A stretch of DNA of 64,000 nt from Eledone cirrhosa. Its lineage: Eukaryota. The translations under genes were made by a program, and so were the position numbers. The stretch spans positions 78,554,001-78,618,000 of the forward strand of contig OZ024744.1 in assembly GCA_964016885.1 (NCBI GenBank), given 5' to 3'. Numbering within the stretch: position 1 is the stretch's first letter; the number at the start of each line of letters is the position of its first letter. Positions 36,185 through 49,635 of this stretch are shown here, in pieces. The notes below the pieces were generated by a model. It did no database searches, was not told the DNA's origin, and was given only the letters and a program-made list of their open reading frames with translations.

Positions 36185-36830
36185 CAAGAAATTGTCAAAA
36201 AGGTCGAGGGTGTCTTAGCATCACTCAGCAAGACCTTTGTCAGCCGCTCAGCAGCTATCTATTTAAAGCTGTATATAGTTATGGTATTGCCACACTTAGA
36301 ATTTGCATCACCAGTTTGGAACCCCTATCTTGCTCAGAGACGTGCAACCAAGTGAATACCCTCTATAAGGCATCTACCGTACTCTGAATACTTTGCTCCC
36401 CTGGGCATGGATACATTGAAGCTCCGACGTCTGGCAACTGACTTGGTAAACACCAACAATAACCCTGAGCATCTGTTTTAATTCCATGTGCCTAACATCC
36501 ATGGACATGCCTACAAAGTCAGAAAACAACACAGCTCCCATGACTTTCGGAAACATTTTTTTCTGCTCAGAGTTGCCGAAGTGTGGAAGAAACTACCTAC
36601 ATCAGTCGTTAGTTGTCGAGACACTGCATACATCAAAACTTCCATGCTTCCCAAAATTCACCAACACTACACCCGATATTCCCCCTCCATACACATGCAT
36701 GCATGTGTCTGTGTGTATACCATGACTCATACACTGTTCACTTTCCTGACATTTGCACATTATTCTATGTACTATAGATATACCTTTGATGAGTTGAAGT
36801 GCACCTGAGCACTGTACACAATAATTTCAC
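36185..36830 (+). mobile_element. 3' fragment of a CR1/L2/Jockey-group LINE
   Basis: LYIVMVLPHLEFASPVWNPYL, QRRATK and RKHFF..RV..VWKKLP. Confidence 0.8.
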
Positions 36831-36884
36831 TATTATCATTTTTTATTTATTTAGTAACTTACTAACTTCATTATTAAGCTTGTG

Positions 36885-37075
36885 TTTTGGTGAATTGGCA
36901 GTATGGGCAGAAGGCTGGACGCCATGCTTTCTAGCATAGTTACATCCCTTTACAGTCTGAGTTCAAATCCCGCCGAGGTTAACTTTGCCTTTCATCCTTG
37001 CAGGGGTCGATAAAATAAAGTACCAGTAATGTACTGGGTAATTGCTGGCCTTGTGCCTAAAGTAGAAACAATTAT
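36885..37075 (+). mobile_element. tRNA-derived SINE, family 2
   Basis: gagttcaaatcccgccgaggttaactttgcctttcatcc...gtcgataaaataaagtaccag. Confidence 0.8.
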
Positions 37076-37815
37076 TAAGCTTGTGCTTGGAGCATAACTT
37101 AAGGTTCTTGCAAAAAAAAAAAAATTTATAATGGAAGGCTATAGATAAATATAAACACTTTGAAAAAGTTATGTGTTGTCGAAACAAGGCTGGTTTCGTG
37201 CAGTTTGGTATCAAAAGGGTTAACTAAGATAAATAAATGGACTAAAAACACACACATATATATATAACTTTTTTTTTTTAATGCATTATGTATTCATAAC
37301 ATTTTTTTACAAATTCATCTGTTTATTCTTCTTAGCATTGCAAATGTTAAAAATGGTTGGTCTTCAAATAGCAAGACAACTTGAATGGTTGGTGAACAGA
37401 ACAACAAACTTCTAAATACTCTTAAAAACACAACAAAAACAAACAAAACAAAACAAAACAAAACAAAACAAAAAATAAAATAAAATAAAAATAAAATTAC
37501 CTACAGCAAAAAGTATTAAAGCAAATAGGTTTTTTTTTAATGAGATAAGGATTGATAAAATTCTTTCAAGTTGCATGAGTATGTATATGTGCATATATAT
37601 GTGTGTGTGCGCGTTTGAGTGCAAATGTATATTGGGAGATATGTATGTGTGTGGTTATACTGATAGACAAAAATAAATGTGTATGTATGAGTGTGTGTGT
37701 GTTTTAGTGTATGTAATTTTTGTTTTAACAGACATTTACTAAAATATCCAAGCACATTCACACAAAATAAAAAAATATTTCATGACAACTGATGTATTAT
37801 TATTATTATTAGCTG

Positions 37816-37969
37816 CATAATGACAATACACAGATATATGCATGAATGAATGTATCCATGTCTACATAATGACAATACACAGATATATGCATGAATGAAT
37901 GTATCCATGTCTACATAATGACAATACACAGATATATGCATGAATGAATGTATCCATGTCTACATAATG
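37816..37969. repeat. 49-bp tandem repeat, 3 copies
   Basis: Unit cataatgacaatacacagatatatgcatgaatgaatgtatccatgtcta starts at 37816, 37865 and 37914. Confidence 0.95.
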
Positions 37970-38295
37970 CTGGCAAGCACGCATAATTATAACAATTTCA
38001 CAAACAATACACACACACATATACATTCATACACATAGATATATACATACACACATACATACATACACATTCATATACACACACATATATATACATACAC
38101 ATTCATATACATACACATTCATATACATACATATATACACACACACACACACATATATATATTCATACACATATATGCACACACACACACATTATATATA
38201 CACACACACATATATAGTAGTAACAATAAATACAGAGACCAAAATCCAGAGAGGACTCAATAAGGGTTTTATGTATATATAAACCAGTACAGCAA

Positions 38296-38444
38296 ATATT
38301 TATTATTAGCACAGATTAAAAGTTTAAGCAAACAATTTCTATTTTAACACTAAAGTGGGATCTTCTGAAACTCAGAAGATCCCACTTTAGGGTGACAGTA
38401 AAAATTGTTTGCTTAAACTTTTAATCTGTGCTAATAATAAATAT
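38296..38444. repeat. Palindrome with degenerate hammerhead-like core
   Basis: Arms of ~70 nt centred on gtgggatcttctga-aac-tcagaagatcccac; related pieces at 38840-38900 and 61840-61881. Confidence 0.75.
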
Positions 38445-38516
38445 ATATATATATGTGTGTGTGTGTATATATATATAGTAAGTTTGTTTTGAAACAGCGA
38501 GCAAAGTTTGAAATTT

Positions 38517-38723
38517 AATAGAAAGAGGTATTTGTCATATTTTTGACTAAAGTAATTTTAGCTTGATGGTGGGGTTTATAACCTTCTAAAAAAAAAAAAA
38601 AAGGATGAGTATTGATGTACATCAAAACTTATCCCTTTTTATTTATTTTTTTAGAGGGTTTTAAACTCCACCATCAAGCTAAAATTTCTTTAGTAAAAAA
38701 TACACAAAAGCTTTTATTTCTAC
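38517..38723. repeat. Imperfect palindrome between TA tracts
   Basis: actaaagtaattttagcttgatggtgg pairs with ccaccatcaagctaaaatttctttagt; centre ttgatgtacatcaa. Confidence 0.8.
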
Positions 38724-39163
38724 TCATCATCATCATATATATATATATATATATAGTAATAATAATAAATTTGAAGACTAAAATCCAAAGAGGGCTCGAT
38801 AAGGATAAATATATATCAAATATATAAGAACCCTAGAGCAAGATCCCATTAAGGGTGAAAGCAGCGATTCTTTGCTTAAACTTTAATCTGTTATTTTAAT
38901 AAATATATATATATATATATATATATAAATGTGTGCGTATATGTTGATGTATGTATATATACACACACACACACACACATTTACACAAGATGAGGTTTTC
39001 ATTGTTTTTCGGAGTTATGATCCAATCCACATACTTTGGTGAATTAAACAATGGAAAACTCTCATCCTGTATCAATTTCACTACACACACATGTATATAT
39101 ATATATATATGTATATATATCAATAATTTAATAAATACGAAAGTATGTTTGGGTGTGACCTTT

Positions 39164-39203
<40 letters not shown>

Positions 39204-39761
39204 CATAGATAAACATATTTTTAAACAAAAAACAGGATATGTATTTGTGTCTGACAATTTTTTTTTTTGTTTTTAAATAATATCTTCAAGATGGTTTTGA
39301 AATGATTTGTTAAACAGTGAAGTGGGGGTGGGTGTGGGAAATAATTTTAACATTTGTAGATAAAGATGAAAGATTTTTAAAGGTGAAAATTTCATCTTCA
39401 ATTAATTGAACTCTCACAACACAAAGAAATTAATATCACTTTTACCAATATGTCTTTTAATTAGACTAATATAATCAGTATAATTTGAGGAAATCTAGTA
39501 GTGTTCTGCAGCAGCAAGTGAATGAATTTTTATTGCAAAATTAGTTAGTATGTTAGTGTGTTGTCCAAAGCAGATAGTTTATGTCTTGAACAAGGCCTTT
39601 CCTTGTCTCATGAATAGAAAAAAAGGCCCAGCCTGATTATATTTATATATATATATTTATTTACACAAAAATTCTACCAGAAGAGAAATTTCTTTTGTCT
39701 CTGGTGAGAAATGATGAATTATTTTATGTTTATCAATACCGTAGACACTCACTCACAAGCA

Positions 39762-39781
39762 TGGTGATAATGATAATGATG

Positions 39782-39839
<58 letters not shown>

Positions 39840-39870
39840 CAACAATAACAATAATGATGATGATAATAAT
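39762..39870. repeat. (AAT/GAT)n microsatellite
   Basis: Directly visible. Confidence 0.95.
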
Positions 39871-40024
39871 ATTTAAATAACTGAAGGAGCTTATTTGTTT
39901 ACAATTTCTTGTATTTAATTTAAATATACTGAAGGGTGTTCAAAAAGGTTTATGAGCCTGAATATGATCCCCAATTTTATTTTATTTGATTACCTTATTA
40001 TGCTATATTGTGTATTAGTATGCA

Positions 40025-40057
<33 letters not shown>

Positions 40058-40058
40058 T

Positions 40059-40238
40059 ATGAGAGTTGACTGAAAAGTTCATAAGCTGACCAAGATATTT
40101 TCATGGAATGACCAAATGGGGTTTATTTTTCAACATCATCCCCAGAAAGAAACAATGCAGTTGTTAATAAGAAGAGTTAAAATTAACACATGCATATTTT
40201 CATAGTCAGCCTATGAACTTTTCAGCTGACTCTCTCGT
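40059..40238. mobile_element. mariner-type MITE
   Basis: TIR gagagttgactgaaaagttcataagctgac / gtcagcctatgaacttttcagctgactctc. Confidence 0.75.
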
Positions 40239-40269
40239 GTTCACATAATACACACACACACACATTTCA

Positions 40270-41270
40270 GCCCTGTAAAGAGACAATGACCTGGTAATCT
40301 CAAGCAATATGAAGGGCCACACCATGGGTAAGTTCAAGAAAAATCTAATTGAGATCCTCAAAGAGTTTGGCCTAAACATAACTTTTACCATTAATTTAAC
40401 CAAAGTCAGCTTCCTAAACACAATCCTAGATCTCAATACAGGTAAATACTATCTCTATGGAAAGCCTGTTGAAAAAAATGTTTATATCTATAGGAACTCC
40501 AACCATTACCTAGCTACAGTTAGGAATCTAGTTACCAGTATCAGTATCTGATAAAGATATCTTGGATAGGACCTCACCCCGTCTCATAGAGGCACCAGCA
40601 AGAAGTGGCATCAGTGAGGAGTTATTATATATAAAGGATCCCCATACCAACTCCAAAAAGTTTTAGGAAGAGAAATGTATTCTAACTTAATCCTCCATTA
40701 AATCAAGATGCCTCCACAAATATAGCAAGAAGCTAATTAAACAGTACTTCCCAAACATCCATAACTACCATAAACTTTTTAATTTCTATAATGTCAAGGT
40801 TAGTTACTCCTGTCTCTATATCATCACACACTACAACAGAAAAAAATGTGCACTGACACAAGCACCACCCTTTCCACCAGCTGAAACCCCACTAACTGAC
40901 CACAGGGATGTCTATACAGCTGGTCTTACACAATCTGATGGTATACCAAAGTTTTACATCAGCCAAACAGCCAATGACTAAGGGAAAATTCACTTAACAT
41001 ATGCATCCCTTTGGATGCAAGGACTGGGAAAACTTCACCACCCCGTACTATTTCATCAGAATGCTCTGGGGACCAAAGAAATAACTTCCTCAACATCATA
41101 TTAAGCGTCCTCGACTGGATTTCCCATTATTCACATGAAGCTCATACCTGCCAGCACTGCCTCTGCAAGAAGCTACAGATATTCAACAGCCTGAAGTACC
41201 CATCAACAGGAAAACCAACATATATCATTGCTATCAAAGGAGAACCCTATTAAGCAATTTCAAGCTATTG
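40270..41270 (+). pseudogene. Decayed Penelope-like RT C-terminus and GIY-YIG fragment
   Basis: YRDND, FGLNIT..KVSFL..LDLNTGKY..YIYRNSNH, YFP..HNYHKLFN..NVKVSYSC, FYISQTAND and CQHCL. Confidence 0.8.
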
Positions 41271-41820
41271 GCCTTTAATATTTCCAAAAAAATTATACTA
41301 GTTCTATCTGGCCCACCCATGTGCACATGCATGGTAAACATTTGTTACTCTATCTCTACATTAGTGTTGCTAACAACCAGAAAACTCATGTGTACCAACA
41401 AGTAAGGTGATGCCACAGTCAAACTTGCTATAGCAATAGCAGATACAGAAATCCTGTCAATAAACTGCTAACCTCCACACATAGCAGATGGATTGGTGCC
41501 ATAGAGATGTCCACCTTCCCACAAAGAACAATATACAAAAAGATCTGCTGTTGCTGATCTATCAACTCCACCATGTGACCTGAATCAACCAATGGCTACA
41601 TTAATTGCCACAGAAATATGTATTACTACAAATTTCATAATAAAATGAATTATGAATATCTAGCCTTCACATTTTTATCATATTGTATATAAACTGCGTC
41701 ATGGACTACCACACCAGAATTGGAAAGATACATATGACGTTGAGTGCTTCAACCTAATTACATCCTTATTTGTTGATTGGAGTATTGTAAATGTAACCCC
41801 AGTTAGTCAACATTTTATAA

Positions 41821-41873
<53 letters not shown>

Positions 41874-42436
41874 ACAAAAACCAATGCAGGTTGGAATTAG
41901 AAATTAAAGTATTGGTGACTCTAGAGAAGACTGTGCAATAGAAAATCTATGATCGCATGCAAAATGCAGTGGCCTGACATTGGGTTACTGAGTGTTGTTG
42001 AGGAAAGAAAAGAAATCCCCTAAAGAGAAATTGTGATCAGGATGGCCTGGGGCAGCAAACTCAAGAAATGCCATTGATGTTGGGTGACTTGTTATAAAGT
42101 ACTAAAGTTAACTGATTTGTTGAAATGTTGAAGAATAAAAGTATTCTTCTCCTACTGACATGACATTAATAACCTGTAGTGTATGAAACCACATTCGCAA
42201 GACGTTCTTGAAAAGTATATAAAAGTACTATGACTGCATCACTTTAAAAATTGAAGTCTTTAGTTTAGTGTATATTTTTTACAACAAGTTATTCTCTAAT
42301 AAAAGATCCTATAAACATTTAAAATTAACAGACCCCATTTTAAGATATTTTCTGCTAAATCATTACAGGATTTCAAGAGTTAAGTATGTTATGTTTAGCT
42401 CAAAACTTTTGAAACAGAGAGAGAGAGAGAGAGAGA

Positions 42437-42467
<31 letters not shown>

Positions 42468-43166
42468 GGGGGAGGGGGGAGATAGAGATCCACACTCATA
42501 TATGTATACACACACACATATATACATACACACAGGCATATATATATACACACACACACAAACACTTCTCCGTATAAGACAAAAGCTGAAAAATATCTTT
42601 TGACATGCTAAAATACCCCCCACTGCTTACAGACACATTCCTACTGACCACCCCACTACCACGAATCACTGCTATATACACACACACACACTTATTTTAA
42701 TAGCCATTTGAACTGTCAACAGGCTGCGGTTCTCGCACACATCCCTGCTAACCATTATCACAACATCGAACACTTTACTACTACTACACACACACACACA
42801 TTTGTTGTGAAAGAGTCATTTCTCAGTCTTGGTGCAAAATCAATTTTTTAAATTCACATGCCCTCTACCGACCAATCAAAATTGTTTTGACCACAAGAAT
42901 TTTTGCAACACCAAAGTAGCGCTGGAGCCACTTTTTTAACATAAAAACAGGTAGAATTCCCAAAACTAATCAGATCAGAGCAAACAACACGGACACTCTA
43001 TCTCAAAATTATTTTTGAAAAGCATTTAGAAATGCGCAACCGGTAAAAACTTAAAAACTTAAAACCACAACTGAATACTAACCCATACAATTACTAATAC
43101 TCTTTTATTCCTAATTAAACTATTTTTCAACTGTGAACAATTTGTCAGCATTTTCTATTCCGTTTA

Positions 43167-43204
<38 letters not shown>

Positions 43205-43208
<4 letters not shown>

Positions 43209-44454
43209 GTTGGTGCAAAAGTAATGTCCGATTTATAGGAAGAATGTTTCAGAGAGAATTTATCAAATTCGTACCTCTTGTTATAGTTTCGAGATGTCTC
43301 TGTAACTAATTTATACCTTTTTCTTTCAGATTATCTACGTTTTGTTCATAATTGTCATCAACATTTGCACCCATGTTTGCTTCATCTAAAGATCATATTA
43401 GAAATGTTTTACTCTCTGAGTTTCATAAAGGTGTCAATGCAAGCACAGCAGCAAAATATATTCAGAGCGCTTATGGGGTTAATGCAGTGAATGAAAGAAG
43501 TTGCAGGAGGTGGTTTTCCCGTTTCCGAAGTGGGGATTTCAGTTTAAAAGACGAGTCAAAAGAGGGTCGTCCGAAAAAACTTGATTCCGATGTGTTGGAA
43601 GCTATTGTCTCAGAAAACCCCACCATTACCACTAGGGAACTTGCAGAACAATTAAACATAGTCCATACAACCGCGCTACGCCAACTGAAAAGGATTGGAA
43701 AGGTTTCAGTGGTTGAAAAATGGGTCCCACACCTGCTGTCTCCAGATAATCTGCAACAACGTGTTGCTTGTTGTGAATCATTGCTTTCGCAACACCTTCA
43801 AGCACCATTTTTAGGTAGGCTTGTTACAGGTGATGAGAAGCAGATCCTTTACCATAATGTTAAACGCCGCCAATCTTGGATCAGTCGAGGAGGAAGACTT
43901 CATCCAAAGAAGATCATGTTGAGTGTATGGTGGGATATTGAAGGAATAATCCATTATGAACTGTTAGGCAACAATCAAACAATTAATGCTAATCTTTACT
44001 GTGATCAACTTTGTCGTGTGAAAGCAGCTTTGAACCAAAAGCGACCTTCCTTGGTCAACAGAAAGGGTGTCATCTTTGATCACGATAATGCCTGTCCTCA
44101 CACAGCTCAACTCACCAAAAATTTCTTGGAAGAGCTTGGTTGGGAAATATTGCTTCATCCTCCATATTCTCCTGACCTTGCACCTTCTGATTATCATTTG
44201 TTCCGAGGACTACAGAACCATTTGGATTGTCTTAGGTTGACATCAAAAGAAGAGATTGAAAATGAGGTGGATTCATATTTTACTTCTAAACCTAAAGAAT
44301 TTTACAAGCGTGGCATTTATAAGCTTGTTGAAAGATGGAATGAGGCCCTTGAAAGCAAAGGAGGCTATGTTAGCGAATAAATATTTTCATAATCATTGGC
44401 TTTTCCTTTTTAACATAAACCTTGAAATTGGACATTACTTTTGCACTAACCTGA
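43205..44454 (+). mobile_element. Full-length mariner (Hsmar1-like TIR) inserted in (TA)n
   Basis: ~30-bp TIR tcaggttggtgcaaaagtaatgtccgattt / aaattggacattacttttgcactaacctga. Confidence 0.95.
43373..44380 (+). CDS. mariner DD34D transposase, open frame (335 aa from ATG)
   Basis: HTH region, WVPH, VTGDEK, HDNA and YSPDLAPSDYHLF motifs. Confidence 0.9.
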   Translation: MFASSKDHIRNVLLSEFHKGVNASTAAKYIQSAYGVNAVNERSCRRWFSRFRSGDFSLKDESKEGRPKKLDSDVLEAIVSENPTITTRELAEQLNIVHTTALRQLKRIGKVSVVEKWVPHLLSPDNLQQRVACCESLLSQHLQAPFLGRLVTGDEKQILYHNVKRRQSWISRGGRLHPKKIMLSVWWDIEGIIHYELLGNNQTINANLYCDQLCRVKAALNQKRPSLVNRKGVIFDHDNACPHTAQLTKNFLEELGWEILLHPPYSPDLAPSDYHLFRGLQNHLDCLRLTSKEEIENEVDSYFTSKPKEFYKRGIYKLVERWNEALESKGGYVSE

Positions 44455-44487
44455 TATATATATACACACATACACATATATATATAT

Positions 44488-44526
<39 letters not shown>

Positions 44527-44719
44527 CATACATATATACATACATAACACATACACACAATAGTTATGTATACATATATTAAAGAGATTAATTCCCCTCT
44601 GATTCAATGATTCATTTGTTTTATTTTAGAAAATAATTCCGCAATGAATAATGTGAGAAGAGCCTGGCAGAGACTGCAAATAGTAGCAGAAAGTTGCCAA
44701 ATGGTAGCCAAAGTGATTA

Positions 44720-45530
44720 AATAAGGACATGGAAGTAGTGAAGGCAACAGGACTGTCAGGTATAGTTGCTGAGATAAAAATATCTGGCATTGCTAATCAT
44801 GCACATAATTGGGTAGTACAGGAAGGAGGTGTTATACCCAATAACTGGTGCAGCAGCATCATTGTTGTTGTTAACTAATACAAGGGCAAAAGAGATGCAT
44901 TAGAAAGAGATAACTACAGAGGTATGAAATTGATGGATGATGTCAAGAAAGTCATTGAAAGGTCTCAAAGTAAACTTATAGCAAAGGACAAAGTTTTAGT
45001 ACAGAGGAAAGACAAGACAAAACTCAGATACCACTGTTATGCAGAAATACAGTAGATGTAAATTCCAGCAGGTTAACAGAGAATGTAGACATTGGATGCA
45101 ACAAATTGACAGAAGCAGTAAACACCTGAGAAATAGATATTCTCAAATGGTCTGATGGGTTCCTGAAAATATTTGACAGCTTTCGTTTCCTAGATGACCA
45201 ATTACCAATGGAGGTGGGTGTTCTGAGAGCATTGTAACTAGAGTAAGAACAAGCTCAAAATAGTTCAGGGAGCTATTAAAAAAAAAGTTCTCTCTCAGAG
45301 AGGACCTGGATTTGTGGAAAGAAACCAAGCAAGCATGCTCTACTGGATGCATAATGATAATGTATTTAAATGATGAAACAAAAATGAGCTGAGAAAAAAT
45401 TGGAAACAAGAAGAATCAGATATAGTGTAAAAGAAAAAAGATTGCACTGATATGGGTTTGTGATGTATATGAAGGATGACAGCTGGGTAAAGGAGTGCTA
45501 AGAACTTGATATGGATAGAACTAGAGGGTG
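44720..45530 (+). mobile_element. Old, deleted RTE LINE fragment
   Basis: GIVAE, KGKRDALERDNYRGMKLMD and GGCSESIVTRVR remnants homologous to the 18-20 kb copy. Confidence 0.75.
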
Positions 45531-46149
45531 GTAGCTCTGAAAAGAACTCAAACATAATAAACACACACAGTAATCACACTGTAAAGTGGTGGTAACAGGA
45601 AAGGGTCGGGAGGACTCTTCTATTAATCTCCCTAGTGTTGGTGATTTACATGATAAATGAACCAATACAATCTGTAAAATGGTTGGTGATAGGAAGGGCA
45701 TCTAGTCCCCCAAAACAACCAAAGAAAGGGTTGGGAGGGCTCTTAAAATGTGTTAAAGACTTGACAACTTCTCTAGTGTTTGTGTCATGATAAAATGCAC
45801 TTGGCAGTGCATGGGATCTTATGTAATCAAGTTACAGGCTGCCGGCCTGTCTGAGCACTCGGTAGGATGCAGGAACATATGCAAGCGAGATACAAAGTTC
45901 CGGCACACCATGGGGTCAGTAGCTCTGCTTTGAGTACCAACTTGGTTTGCTGACAACCTGTCTAACCCGTACTGGCAGAGAAAGGGGATGTTAAATGATG
46001 ACGACGATACACATACACATGAATGCATGCACACACAGACTTCTTTTGCATTTCAGGACATATGTAGTTTAACACCAAAGACTTCATAACCAAGTGGCAG
46101 TCTCTTGAAATAAGCATAATGATGGGCTGCACCATTTCTCCACTTCTTT

Positions 46150-46730
46150 GTGATCGTAATAAAGGTGGTGTTGTGAGGAAATGAAGACAAGAAGAAGACA
46201 CCTGGTACTGCTGAGTGTATTTATATATGACATCAATGCTATTGTGGAAACAAGGAAAGAAGCAAAGACTCCCCTAATAAAGCACCAAAAAGTGGAAGTC
46301 TGTTCATAATGCAACATCAGATCAAGGAATTCCACTTTGAAATTGAAGGAGAGATGATTCCAATGTTCAGGGATTATGCAATAAGAATCTTGGTTGTATC
46401 TATGTGGTAATGCCAAGAGGGATATTGAAATTGAGGTCACATTGAAATAGCAGGGTTAACTGCTATTGACAGCAGATTGGTAGAAAAGTATAAGGTATGG
46501 TGCTACCAAAATGGCCTTATTTAAGGTTTGTATGACCCCTCCAAGTGTATGAAATATCTTTGACAAGGGTGAGAGAATGGAAAGATGTATTAGCAGGTTT
46601 TTAGGAGAATGGTCTTGTCCCCCCAATAGGCTTTACAATTTTTGAGCACTATAGCACTTCTGCAAAACGCCAACATTGTTTTAACAAGCTTGCCAAAAAG
46701 GAATGGGAGGACTTCTCAGTTCTGTCAAAG
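46150..46730 (+). pseudogene. Decayed fragment of an RLE-type (Hero/NeSL-like) non-LTR element
   Basis: FEIEGEMIP, KYKVWCYQNGL, PLQVYEISL and MERCISRFL resemble the post-RT region of Hero-clade proteins. Confidence 0.55.
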
Positions 46731-46859
46731 ACACAACATATCTAGCGTTGGTGACATGATAAAATGGCTCCAATACATTCTGTAAAGTGTTTGGTAATAA
46801 ATAGAAAGAACACACAACTGTAGAAAAGTTGCCAAATAAGGGGCAGAGAGGACTGTCTA

Positions 46860-47700
46860 GTTGTGTCAAAGAGTTGGTGCCATCTGAGATATCAATAACA
46901 CTAATGGCACTTGCCGCAAAGATATACAATCTCATGTTGCTTGACAGAATAAGACCTGTCATTGACTCCTTGCTGAGAAAAAACTAAAATGGCTTCCGCA
47001 CCAACAGATCAACATCAGGGCAAATACTTACTATTTGGCGTATCTTGGAAGGCGTAAAAGCCAAAAACCTCCCAGCAACTCTCCTGTTTATTGACTTTTA
47101 AAAAGCATTCGATTCCATCCATTGTGGGAGGATGAGAGAGATACTTCTAGCCTACGGCTTGCCAAAGGAAACAGTAAATGCCATCATGATGTTATATAAA
47201 AACACCCGCGCAATGGTGCGCTCACCTGATGGAGATACCAACTTCTTTGACATCATTGCAGGAGTACTCTTGCACCATATATTTTTATCATCTGCCTCGA
47301 CTATGTATTGAGAAAAGCCCTGGACGAAAACTTAGAGCTTGGTTTCACTCTCATAAAGCGAAAGTGTAGACGCCATGCAGCTCAGAAAATCACCGATGTT
47401 GACTATGCAGATGATTTAGCGGTCCTCGCTAACTACCTTAAGGATGCAACATCACTACTTCACAGCATTGAATCAGTTGCAAAGGAAATCGGACTCTATG
47501 TCAACGCAGGCAAAACAGAATATATTTGCCTGAACCAAGACTTCTCAGTTGGTATGCGAAGTTTAAACGGCAATATAATCAAGCAACTTGAGGACGATAC
47601 TGGATGCACTGTGGAAGAACTGGCAAACGCTATGAGAGACAGAGATGGATGGAGGAAACGTGTCGTAGAAAGCCGAGCAAGCTCGACCTGATGATGATGA
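46860..47700 (+). mobile_element. RTE-clade LINE fragment (second family) with internal deletions
   Basis: NGFRTNRST, LLFIDF*KAFDSIH, LAPYIFIICLDY, DVDYADDL, AMRDRDGW; ends in (TGA)n. Confidence 0.85.
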
Positions 47701-47912
47701 GATATCATTAGTCTAATTAAGTGCTGACTTGGTCTGTGATGACACATCTAACCCTTGCCAGCAGGGAAAATGGATGCTAATGATGATGATATATATATAC
47801 TCATAATTATAAAAATAGAGAAATATATATGATACACACCCACATAAATAGAAGCCATCGACTCATTGCCAAATAATGATCACCTTTTGTATGTGTGTAC
47901 ATCATCATATGA

Positions 47913-47981
<69 letters not shown>

Positions 47982-48300
47982 CGTGTTTAAAGTATGTAAG
48001 CCCTACGGTCAAGCTTAAATTTTTTTCGATGATAGATTGGGAATATATATATATTATATTGTAGAGGAGATGGGTACTGTAAGCATTTGTAAGGCCCATT
48101 GAAATATCATGATGGACACACAGTCAAACGTCTAGAGTGGCACTTCAATTATTGGCTGCACCAGTTACAGAAACTGGATTGATTGAAATAAGACCCTCTT
48201 CCTACTATTTTAAGTGTTGAACTAATATATTCCTTCCATAAACTGTATCAATTGTACTGTTATTTCTGTTTACCATATATATATATAAGGTAAACAGAAA

Positions 48301-48341
<41 letters not shown>

Positions 48342-48960
48342 AACATTAAAATTATTGAAAAAAATTTAAGCTTGACCGTAGGGCTTACAAACTTTAAACA
48401 CACATGCATATTTCTTCCTCTATATCTCTTTCTCACTTCAAGTCTCTCACTCTCCTTATCTGGACAGGGATAACCTCTCACTCTCCTTATTTGGAGAGGG
48501 ATGGGCTCTGCCAAGTTAAAAAAAACAAAACAGCCCTAGAAACGCCATATTTCAATATCGTGTCCCAATGATCCCACTCAGAAATTACGGGACCATGCAT
48601 GCATACATATATATAAATATATAGGTATTGGATAGTAAATGATGATGATGATGATGATGATATAAATACATGCACACACAATATTTAAACATGTTAACAA
48701 GGGAATGCAGAGAATGACTGTCTGCCAGTTAAGCATCAGATGATACCAAAGAACTATTACTTATAACCCGGAAGCAATGACAGCAGAGGCTGCACTAACG
48801 ACATCAATAAATAAAATGGAAAAAAAAAAGTATTATGCTTATGAAATTTACATCAGTTTCGATGAAATCATCATCATAAATAAGAATGGGACATACACAT
48901 GTGTACATATTTACATGCATACACATTTACACACATACATGCATACATGTACATACACAA

Positions 48961-49015
<55 letters not shown>

Positions 49016-49425
49016 CACATAAGTACATACACATACACACATACATATACACTAATGTACATACACAAATGTATGCGCGTGTGTGTATATATATATATAT
49101 ATATACATAAGTACACACACACACACACACACACACATGCAAGTATAAAAAAAAAAGCAAAATTTCGGGATTTTGTTGTTTCCTAGAAGATTAACTGAAT
49201 CAAATAACTTGGAGGAGGAGAAGGGAGTACTGTCTGACTACTGTAAAAAGCAATACAATTTCATTTTGTAAAAATATATATATGAATCAATTTTTATGAT
49301 CAGTTTTCAGGAAACCTCAATTTCATATTTGGTGTACCACCATTTTTTTTTCCCCCATAAGAAATACAAAGTTGGAAACAACATTTTTTTTTTTTAAATT
49401 TCATTTATAGAGAATGATATTTTAA

Positions 49426-49635
49426 CCCATTAGCATTTAAACCGGCCGTATTCAGCCAGAATTCTCTCACCTCTTTCTGTTCAAACTGGCTGCTTAAACT
49501 GATGTTAAGGTATTGTTCTCAAAATAAATAACATCAAAATCTCATAGATTCGATATTATGTGAGATAATTATGTAAGGTAAAGCCTTTACTACAAAATAC
49601 AATAGCATATATTGAGTAATGTAAATGGTAAAGGG
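49426..49635. mobile_element. piggyBac-like MITE
   Basis: TTAA-cccattagcattta ... taaatggtaaaggg-TTAA. Confidence 0.85.

Noticed and set aside
37816-37969. Regular repeat as a CRISPR-like array
   Set aside because: Head-to-tail identical units without spacers, eukaryotic context, no cas genes
48100-48140. atgatggacacacagtcaaacgtc as a hammerhead
   Set aside because: Needs several substitutions and indels to reach the core, and has no stem I
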